Origin: Nemertoderma westbladi
Lineage: Eukaryota; Animalia; Xenacoelomorpha
Direction of reading: 5' to 3'
NCBI GenBank assembly: GCA_032718475.1
Contig: JAUCBJ010008897.1
Span: 1 to 36,842, forward strand
Length of the DNA stretch: 36,842 nt
Shown: positions 13,601 to 21,853 of the stretch, one piece after another
How positions within the stretch are numbered: position 1 is the stretch's first letter
Layout: every line of letters begins with the position of its first letter
Position numbers and translations under genes: made by a program
The notes under the pieces: generated by a model
Databases searched by the model: none
What the model was told of the DNA's origin: nothing
What the model saw: only the letters and a program-made list of their open reading frames with translations

Positions 13601-13665
13601 ACCCGTTTCTTTTGCCTGACTGTACCATTTGTACCAGCAGACTCTGAACTACTTGCATCGGACAT
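7609..13665 (-). CDS. BEL/Pao Gag-Pol polyprotein, 2018 aa, intact
   Basis: Gag region FDGNPADYWRF; three BEL-type Cys/His knuckles (CWYC..H..C, CRIC..H..C, CKVGGC..HHTLLH); protease LIDGGS; RT YLPHHPV, RVVFD, ADIEAMY, YVDD; RNase H FSDAS; integrase HHCC, VDYFGP, SDNGSNF, GGVWERMI. Confidence 0.97.
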   Translation of the reverse strand: MSDASSSESAGTNGTVRQKKRVTREYNTKATQLKNIRAGYKSNLTKLYNIASDYMQSHDNDARLIEVYAEIKVAFTKFATAHQTYANFVVGTSHKIDDVVKYWDLQEDVYIQLTKQFDSWFSDSATPAHVDPAHASLASMNVATKTLQKGNIVAKGSNSSRHTSCTSKKSSRHSFVSISELSAISKAEKAVAEVELMQIKRQQAPEMKRNEIINMERILSIETKIEKANASMKVFNEYQFDQELSDNENKIDFKCEVKEDKCLYDDPLNIERAINSQENGVKFNLNANANVWKNNEYSTKIGDDRATTMHIHSTPEIHPGYIRNRNEESGYERVVDNTHNVSDALEQTCKKLSATMSMPKSEIKYFDGNPADYWRFIRCFEEGIAKKVDSDTERLTYLLQFCTKDAYRVIKDCIILNVNVGYKTARELLAKRFGQPYIIAKTHIDALTKGPVIKGNDAQALLKFADDIATCKLTLESMGFLSDINSGDNLSSIAERLPYFVRGKWLGKVALYRANHVDINIQHLSTFIMEFAMAATDPVFGKIMNEKSSNVVNTVRQTHSKQYSGKKGVSMAINVASNKASTTASITRGYSNQAAKCWYCKSVDHYLFQCETFEALNWEEKIEFLDELRLCRICFRRGHISRFCTSKWFCKVGGCGGRHHTLLHRSANGTPVSAVSKLESEVSSTNEDLSKLKANVSTKVDNSQNSSRVAHVNTTTTRKCVRLPIVAVRVHTNIGDPFIAYALIDGGSDTCLCTKSLSERVGNAHGVEEEFMMSSASGDFLHKGNIVQLELSHYSESYKITLPEVWTVDNLPISHHSIPQKVDVEKWPHLKDIDVANVDVSEVSILIGVDKPEVFWILDDRKGDPGDPYAVKYNLGWVIFGPMGRRNNKLMNEMSVNFLNTDVTLEKQLQQFWLLETAGVDKTCMEKRDNLDLSIDDKCAIEILNNNIIRREDGHYQLPLPWKSGLPTMPNNYIVAESRLRYLRNRLLKDNELYKKYVETIESYVNNNYAEKVPDSELMMTKGRVWYLPHHPVINVNKPDKVRVVFDCSAKFGGKSLNDYIYQGPNLTSSLIGVLLRFRQDEIALMADIEAMYHQVYVAKDDCDALRFLWWPNGNLEEKPCIYRMLRHIFGCISSAFCSIYGLRRSAIDNTGKYDDKTIQTVLKHFYVDDLLRSVTSVAEAIKLVHEIIDLLDTCGFKIVKWVSNNTEVLHAINEEYKSPKVLNLDFEKFPVERTLGIKWDIQSDMFIFEFVKKDKPNTRRGFLSIISSIYDPLGFLAPFVMPGKIIIQNLTREQLDWDAPVPDLHVKHWLKWLNSLSSLHNITVPRWIKAAKLGTIVKTQLHHFSDASEKGFGTASYIRLEDEKGYIHCALIMGRGRLAPIKYQHIHRLELNAACLSVKINSTIIHELDISIDEIYCWTDSTAVLGYIRNRTSRFNVFVANRLSMIHEGSNVEQWHYVNTVDNPADEVSRGVCIDDKKPSIWLRGPGYLWKAQYDWPNNIVLDKFDFDNDPEIKKAQIYSIVQIDEPLDVIIAHYSSWNSLVNGIAWWNRYRLYLIKVNIGCGNITVGELHDASIDIIRYIQTKHFKQELSSLIARGTIAPTSSLLKLTPFIDSNGLLRVGGRLHNAKIPYNTQHPLIIAKHCHVAYLMIRHYHEISRHCGQDYVLSLIRESYWIIGARSIVRKVIRQCVECKKLNSRAISQLMADLPIDRLLTDYAPFTFVGVDYFGPFLVRVGRSMHKRYGCIFTDMVSRGIHLEVAHSLDTSSFICALRRFICRRGKVKLIRSDNGSNFTAADIELRKSIEQWNKSTIGKFLTQEGIEWKFNTPLASHWGGVWERMIRSVRRILQTITRGCILTDEALLTFMTEAEYIVNGRPLTVNSDDPNDVKPISPNDLIMVKSSHALSPGIFDKDDCYSNRAKRRWRHIQYMADEFWRRFKREYLPQLQIRQKWNTVQENVKQGALVLVLDQKTSRGTWPLGLVTKIFPGRDGNVRSVELRCGGKLMTRPITKLCLLENT

Positions 13666-13974
13666 GATTAGACCTATGTTCCTTTACTTCAAATATTAAT
13701 GTTAACATATATACGATAAACAGGAGCAAATCAGTTATATAGTCAGTTCCTTTAAACCACCATTATCATTACCGGTACCGGCAACATATTACAATAATAC
13801 CGGTACTGCCGGTATATATTAGCCGTATATAGGGGCCTATACCAGTTGTATACATTTAATAGGCCGATATAGTTCATGTAGGCCTACGTGGGGCTAGAAA
13901 TAAACATATAAAACATCGATTGAATTTAATATAAATATGGAACATCTATATATCATCTTATATCGAGAACTTTA

Positions 13975-14726
13975 TGTACAATCCAATGATGTACATATTG
14001 TTTAAACATAAGCAAAATTTATTTCCCGGATAAATCACATTGAAAACTCGATTATTTACTTTCTTGGAACATTACTGCATTATAATATTAAAAACTCTCA
14101 GCTTATTTAAATCCTTCCAATTCGTTCCGTTCGATTCGGTTCTCTACAAATACAAACAAATACAAATTTATTTACATATTAAACTTCCAATAAAACCAGT
14201 ATATATATATAGGGCTATTTAAGTACTTAGGACATCATTAATACTATAGGCATTAAAATATGGTGGGAGCGGTAGACCGATGCACAATACATAAATATAT
14301 ATATCACTTGCCCAATACCGTAAGTACAGTGTAACCCTAGAAATAAGCAATATAAATTGACTCACCGATATGTGCTCTCTTCCGGGTAAATAATATCATA
14401 TACAATCAATCAAAATATCAAATCATACTGCAACAGTGCAGACAATAATTTATAATAATACGAGTAGCAAACACTGCAACAGTGCAGTCAATTAATAATA
14501 AGGCAAAAATAATAATTACTGATGCCACATACCGTTCACCGGCAGACCGGTACAGCACTACAACGTCCAGCCAAACAACAACCGGTACTTAAACATACTG
14601 ACACTCTCAGTGAATGTTACAGCTTACTGCATACCGGTACTGGCATTCACTGAAGCAAAGCGGATTCAACAATCTGTTCTATGTAACCTTTTACCGGTAA
14701 CTGGGGATTGCACACTGGCGCTTACA
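13975..14726 (-). repeat. 5' LTR of the BEL/Pao element
   Basis: On the minus strand it starts TGTAAG and ends TGTACA, and it duplicates 6717-7468. Confidence 0.95.
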
Positions 14727-14775
14727 TGTCTGACAGTCCAGAAATCAGCAGTCTGACAGTTTGAAGAAATACATA

Positions 14776-14850
14776 CATAAAAAGTCATTAAAAGGACAAT
14801 ACAAGTCATTAAAAGGACAACAAAAGTCAAATAAAAGGACATAAAAAATC
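14776..14850. repeat. Short tandem repeat of about 21-bp aagtcattaaaaggacaa units (about 3 copies)
   Basis: Directly visible in the sequence. Confidence 0.7.
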
Positions 14851-14857
14851 ACTGCCA

Positions 14858-15600
14858 CTAAAAACTACCAAAGATATCAATTAAACTGTTGAATTTAAGA
14901 TAAGCAGTTGTGAAGTAGTAGTAACTTAGTAGCACAAGGACTATGTATGGGTTTATAATCTCTGCTAACTTTTTAAAGAGGCCAATGTGGTCGATTTCGT
15001 CAAATGCCGATTCTATATCTAACTGGCACAGGTAAAGAGGAAACCCGTTCTTTCTATAATGTTCCATACATTCCAGGATTAAGCTGATGGCAAGATCTGT
15101 ACCTATTCCCTTTTTGAAGCCTAGCTGGTGAGTATGAGTAAGAGCCCCCTGGTCCTTGAAATGTAATTGAAGGATGCAACCTTCAAATATTTTAGCCAGT
15201 GAATAAACTGTGGCTATCGGTCTGTATGAGTTTCCTTTGAGGCGACTCTTACTTTTGCCCTTGTATAGGTGGGTAGCGACTGTATCACCAAAGCATTTAG
15301 GAACTGCACCAAGGCGGATACTGGCATTGAATATAAGGGAAATTGCTGTGCAGGTTGTCCCAGGGTTCGTGTGAAGGAAATGTTCGACAGTTATCGATTG
15401 AAATCAGGGGACTTACCTTTGTTTAATTGTGCTATGACTTTGCGTATTGTGACTGGCGAAATGTTTGGGGATTCTTTGCCTTTGCACCGAAGCAGAAGTG
15501 ACTCTCTTAGGATATTTATATCATCACACTCTTTTGTGTTGGCTTTGTCTGAAATTTTGTCACGGATTAGGAGTTCTGCGGTTGCAGAACTCTTGCAGGT
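14858..15600 (-). pseudogene. Decayed LINE reverse transcriptase fragment (N-terminal half of RT)
   Basis: Motifs LNKGKSPD, YKGK..NSYRPI..LAKIFE, HQLGFKKG and LDIESAFDEIDH..LF are present. There is a stop or frameshift near 15391, and the fragment ends before the QG and YADD motifs. Confidence 0.85.
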
Positions 15601-15603
15601 TGG

Positions 15604-16212
15604 ATTATCGCTCCTCCTGGTCGAGCTGATCAAATAAAGACTTCAATTCGGGATAATTACCTCGAAAGACGCCCTCTCCATTCCCCGTGCTATGGGACTC
15701 CCGGACTCAGGACCACCCGGATTTTATCTTGCTCAGTCAACATTGTGTAATCGTAATGAAACCCGAGGATCCCGCCTGCAGCATGGATTTTCTATCTCTG
15801 ATTAATCCCTTCGACACTACCGCAATCGAGCCCCTGCAGAAGCATCTCGACCATATAATAAATTCAAATACCTTTCGACTCGACCCAAAGGGACGACGAA
15901 ACATCCCTTCTGAAATATATCAGATTGTGGGATTATTCCGCAGTTTTACATCGGATTGCGCGATTACGTTATGTAAAGTTGTTGCGCCATTCTGTTCCCA
16001 CATCAATCGTGGATAGCAAACCTCAACCGGGAATATCTACAGGTGGACCAACCGTACGAACTGTCGCACCCCTTTCTGACTCATTGGAACTTCATCCTTC
16101 CACCGCTGAGGGGCTACGAGTGCAAGGTTCTCCGCCTCCGCTACCTGGTAATGGCTTCCCGCCACCGAAACGTTGCAGTCGACCCCCCAAAAGGAAAAGG
16201 ACCCGGAAATAA
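15604..16212 (+). pseudogene. Diverged, internally deleted paralog of the 21854-26107 exonuclease/zinc-knuckle ORF
   Basis: PPGRADQIKTSIRDNYLERRPLHSPCYG / QDHPDFILLSQH..KPEDP..FLSLINPFD..LQKHLD..NTFR aligns with PPDNRADLVRRMVHDVNIRARPLQNSFYGIKDHPYYVNLTQY..KPEDP..FLPLINPLD..LQKHLD..NSFR. QPGISTGG..SDSLELHPS plus a basic tail aligns with QPSTSTGG..SDAIILHPS plus a basic tail. Confidence 0.85.
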
Positions 16213-16301
16213 ACGTTATTTTTTCGGGTTACTTTTTATTACCGCTATTCTACTTTATGTGACTTATATTCATACTTTATATTATAATGAAAATAAGTAA
16301 G

Positions 16302-16467
16302 TGGTACCCTCAATAATTCATTTAGCTCATTTGTTCACGAGCTGAGACATTTTATATGTATTAGATATACTGTACTCTTTGGCACTACAGTTTACTTATT
16401 TAGAAGTAATTGGTACCCAATAATTCATTTAATTTGATTTTGTTCACGAGCTGAGATATTTTATATG
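16302..16467. repeat. Spaced direct repeat of about 57 bp
   Basis: tggtaccc..aataattcattta..tttgttcacgagctgagaNattttatatg at about 16302 and 16411. Confidence 0.75.
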
Positions 16468-19088
16468 CTGAATATGTATGTTGTACGTAACTTAAGTTTT
16501 ATATTATTAATTGATATATCTGCATACTAGACATCTTTTTGTGTATGATTTGATCTCATACCTTCGTTTTTACCATTGCATTAGCTAAATGAATAGAATC
16601 TGTGTTAATGAAAGTTTGTTCTTGGCTATTTTAGATTACTTATTTTGCTAAATTTAAGTTCAAAACACCATTTTTATTGATAAAGTTGGTTGCGTCATAA
16701 TATCGATATCTTTTACTTAATTTTATGCATTACTAAAAGTTTGACGCCATCTAGTGCCATTATCTGCATATCCAACTTGTCTTAGTGCCTCATTGGTTGT
16801 ATGCTCCTTCCTGTTAAGCCTGTATATAAGCACGATTGGTTCTATGGCTTATTCACTTCTTCTTTGTTATTGTTTGACAGTGAAGTCACATCGGCCATGC
16901 AGAGGGAAAATCTCCGGTCAGGTTTTAATGACTGGTGATTATTACAAGTGTGAAGTCTGTAAAGTCTAAAATTATATTGTCTAAAGTATTAATAATTGAA
17001 TTATAATTATTTATCGTTATATTTGATATTCTACTGGTAAACTCAATTTGTCATTATTATTTCCTTAATATATCGCCGATATTACGAAATCAAGGAAGTT
17101 TTACACGCGCCACAACCAGGTAGCGAGCTAAGCTCTAAGCGCTATAGCTAAGCATTAGTGATAACCTGGACAATTGCATCAGATATACGTGTGCCGTCTT
17201 ACCTTTAACTTAATAAATAATTAATATATGGCGATATTTCAGACCATCATTGCAAGCAGAGCTCGTATTATTAATTACATCACGATTGAGAGTTGTCACA
17301 AATTGAATACTGTAACTGTAGCGATATCAATATAATTAGATAGAGACTTGTCGCAATACGTTTCCCCTAAAGGGAAACACCGTCACCAGACTTGAGCCAT
17401 ACATGATTAATTTGTCAGACATTTGCTTGTTGTATTGTGTTGCCACACCCTCCCGGTACTGTATACCAGGGAAATATAATAGATGATCAAATACCGTATT
17501 AGACTGACCGAAACATTGAGCAAATCAAGACATTGTGGGAGAAAGGAAAGAGTCAAAATATATGAAAAATTGAGATTAAAAACGTATTTTTTGTCAAATG
17601 CGCTAACAAAAATTATAGATTTATAAATTACATGCAAAATTAATTGGGCTATAAATAAATAAATTTATAAATATATTTTTTGGAAAACATTACTTATTTA
17701 ACTAAATATAGAATAATAACTGGAACACAATTCAATTAAATCACATCAACTCAACAGAATATACAAATAAATATTAAAAAGTAATGAATAGGGTTAGCTC
17801 ACAATAATGATGCTTCAATAATTATTAGCTGAACATCTGACTTGGTTTCCTGTCACCGTTCCATATCTGTGTTACATATGAATGTAAGTATAGGAACGAA
17901 CCCCCTGTGTATCCAATACAGAACCCCGAGGTTTACTGACCTAGTCTGTAACCAATCCACTGGTCGCTGTAATTAATGCTACATATATCCTTTATAAGGA
18001 TATAAATAGCTGAACTTGTGTTTTTGGGAGCAGAATGGAGTGCGATTGTCCAAACAGAGTTGATAGTTTAGTAACACGGACGGACGTACAATGACATAGG
18101 GTTGTCGGGTAACTTTAGGGAAACCACAACCAGCCACAGTGGGACCGAGATAATTAGAATAGATTAGATAAACATATAAAATTATAGTAGTTCTGAATGG
18201 GAACCAACTCCGTTACACTCATTGTAAACCAACGTTTTATTGGTTAAAGAACCGATTGGTTAATAATATAACCAATGGGAACCTCTGAGTTATAATTAAA
18301 ACTTTATATTAGTGGATGGACCAGGTTTGTGTCTACCAAAGGGACGTAGCAGATACACAGGTATTACTCGAATACACAATAAAGATAATATGGGAATAAA
18401 ATCGAACAAAAACTAATTAAAATGAAAATCAATTGAGGGAAATTTATATCATTTATGTATTTATATCTGATATAAATTAATTATTTTAGATATAATTTTA
18501 GCGAAAATTGCGAGCTCTCCCTATGGAAAATAATTAAATCATTATTATTATTTATAATATAAATAAAGTTATAAAATTCCCATAATATAAATAATTACAT
18601 AAACCTATTTATAATACTGGCCCTCAACATCAATACTATTAAATATTTTCGGTAACTGAATATAATATTCTGTAAGATACGGGATTGAACTGGTTGTTAT
18701 TCAATCAATTGATCTGATCTTCTTTTGAATACTTAGGAGAGTTTGAGTTTAGAACATCGGAACTACTGTCTGTCTGTAGGGTTGGATTACTTTATTGGGA
18801 TGTTATTTGTTAATTTGTTGATTTGTTATAATTAAGTTTCTCTTCTCTGATATTCCAATATTATATATATAATAATCTGCTTCTGTTTTCTTATAATCCA
18901 AATGGCATCTTGTTTGGTTTGAGATTATTCTGTAAATATAGAAATTAAATAGGTCCATAAAATTTGCATATTATTGAAACTTTTTTTTATGTTACATTTC
19001 TTTATATAATATTTAATTTATTTCGAATATGCACCAAACAATACCCACAACCAACAGACAACATGTATTAATTGACCAAGTAGAAAAG

Positions 19089-19150
19089 GGCGGGAAATTA
19101 AAAACTATCCGTATGATAGGCCCTAGTGATATAAGGCGGGAAATTTAAAA
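19089..19150. promoter_or_regulatory. Two E2F-like sites, GGCGGGAAATT(T)AAA
   Basis: GGCGGGAAA (TTTCCCGCC) at 19089 and 19135, each followed by a CHR-like TT(T)AAA. Motif match only. Confidence 0.35.
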
Positions 19151-20133
19151 CGATTTCAACATTGAAACTAATTCAATGCAACTAAATAGTACAGTAATAT
19201 TTTTAAGAAGCATTTCTAACATTCTAAAAGGATAAATTTCTTCCTGACTGAAAACCAAAATTAGTTCTAGAGGCCGTTGTGACTCAATGTATCTCACCTT
19301 ATTATATCGAAGATTCAACTCCTTAAATAAATCGGATTGTTGGTCTAGTTGGAATATAAGATATGTTGCCGAAATCTCAATGTTAAATAATAATCTGTCC
19401 GAGTTGAACTGAAGTTGTTGATTTAGAAGTCAAGAGTTGATACTTGTCTGGAAAATAGCAAAACGGAAATGATTTCGTATAAAAATTGATTAGCTTATCT
19501 AATAATTAATTTGTTAACAAATTCATTTATTTAATTTTTCACTCACCAAAATGTAAAATAATCGTAATTTTTATCTTAAGTATTTCTCTAAGTTCTAAAC
19601 AGAGACAATATTAGTGAATAATGGTTCTGGGGTTGGTTTTTCAACTCAATGTAACTCACCGACGACATATCGAAGCTTGTCTTAATGGATCTTTCGGAGA
19701 TTTTGAGCTAATTTCATTGAGTTGTAGATTTGGAAACCTTCTAGATAATTGTCTGAAATATAACAAAAATGAAATATTATGATTTCATAACTTTAATTAG
19801 CTCATCTAACAGCTTAACAAACTCTGTGTAACAAATTAATAAACACTTGTCTGTTGTTGTTATTTAATAGCAAAAACCAATACCGGTACCATTATAGAGG
19901 TAGGACAAGTAACTAAGTCATTGTATATGTTATGCCCGACTGCTATACTTACTTTAGTATTTATTTAGTTAGTGGCGACCAACTGGGTTCCTTCATTGAA
20001 TTCACAAGTTGTGTTTCTTTTTGCGGCAGACTTAATCTATAAATAAATTAAGGATAATAAATGTCTAAATGGCAGTCAACGGAAAATTAAATCATTAGCT
20101 AAACATCAGCTGGAGAAAACAAACTAACAAACT

Positions 20134-20565
20134 CCGAGCTCTATGGTACTATACCATCTGTATCAACCACCCTCCGTGAACGCCGAGCTCTATGGTACTA
20201 TACCACCTGTATCAACCACCTTCCATGAACGCCGAGCTCTATGGTACTATACCATCTGTATCAACCACCCTCCGTGAACGCCGAGCTCTATGGTACTATA
20301 CCACCTGTATCAACCACCCTCCGTGAACGCCGAGCTCTATGGTACTATACCATCTGTATCAACCACCCTCCGTGAACGCCGAGCTCTATGGTACTATACC
20401 ACCTGTATCAACCACCCTCCGTGAACGCCGAGCTCTATGGTACTATACCATCTGTATCAACCACCTTCCGTGAACGCCGAGCTCTATGGTACTATACCAT
20501 CTGTATCAACCACCCTCCGTGAACGCCGAGCTCAATGGTACTATACCATCTGTATCAACCACCCT
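20134..20565. repeat. 49-bp tandem repeat, about 8.8 near-identical copies
   Basis: The unit ccgagctctatggtactataccaYctgtatcaaccaccctccgtgaacg starts at 20134, 20183, 20232 and so on to 20526. Confidence 0.97.
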
Positions 20566-21853
20566 GTACGCGCTTTTGAAGACCTTTAGCAGTTTAACCT
20601 GCCAAAATTTATATGTCTTTTGGTTTATAAATAGACTTTAGAAGATGACAAATATTTAATACCAATAAACACAACATTAGCAGAAGCCAGCCTAGTGCGC
20701 GTCCATTCACCCGCTGGATATACCCGGGAGACTGGATTCTGAGGGCTTAGATTATTATTGCAGTGTAAGCTTACTGTATTGTATTATTCGATTGATCGTT
20801 AATAAATAATTTCTGACTAATATTATTCACTTTCGGGAAATATTAACAGTTCCTTTAGGACGTGGCGCTCTATCTAGGTAAACAGAGATATGACTTATAC
20901 TAATCACAACGGTAAGTCGGTAAGGCTTATGATTCACGTATGAGGCGCATTCTTTAGGAAATGCTTAGTTATCAGTCACAATCATGCACACTACCGGTAA
21001 CACACAATACTGCTCACTAATTTGCCGACCGTCAATGAATTTTATCATATATAAAGCGAACAGCAACTGACTCATGTAGGGCTTATCAAATAGCATTAAA
21101 TTCACTACAAACCACAATAATATAAGTCGCAATCGCTATATATAACCCGTCTCTCTAACCTGTAGTGTATCAAGAAAATTGGGAAATTTGGGTTCTTTAT
21201 ATATGTTCTCCAAATAATATTCAACCAAAACACAACAGTAAACAGCATTAAGACGGTGTGACAAGATAACAGTTATACGCTCTATAATCTTAAGCCTACT
21301 AATGTTTCTTCTAAAGTCTGAAACGAATTGACTCTAGAGCCGGTGTTCCTGGCCTAGATAGCAACAACACAACAGTATCACAAAAAACAGTAAGACTGAA
21401 CACTCCTAGTATCATCGGCCGAATATCTACACGTCGACAGAAAAAATCGCTCTGATTGGCTCAAACCAAACAAAGAACCGTGCGTCCAATGGCTGTTTCC
21501 ATGCCAGCAACCAGCTGCTAGATGTCGCAATCTGAATCATCAAGGCCAAGCCGTGTAAAGGTATTTGGTGCATTGCGGGTTTTTTGCCTTACCATGTCCG
21601 CCAAAGCAGGTATATAGACGAATGACTTTTATGTCCGTTAAAACACCTGTAACAGTACCTTGCGGGCGAGGGGAATATATATACAGTTAGAGAACCTTTT
21701 AGAGTATTCCAGCGCCTGGGGGGAAACTGGATTGCGAAGCAAAGGGGCCAGTTATATCCCACAGAAGCTTTTACACCGCTCCCAGAAAATGGGATTTGAG
21801 TCTATAAAATATACAAAATCACAGTTTCTAATATACATAAATACTCTAAACAG

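Larger units (their letters stand above)
6717..14726 (-). mobile_element. Full-length BEL/Pao LTR retrotransposon, 8010 bp
   Basis: Two 752-bp direct repeats bounded by TG...CA, a 5-bp TSD TGTCT (6712-6716 and 14727-14731), and a single Gag-PR-RT-RH-IN ORF. Confidence 0.97.

Noticed and set aside
20134-20565. CRISPR array
   Set aside because: A pure head-to-tail tandem repeat with no unique spacers.
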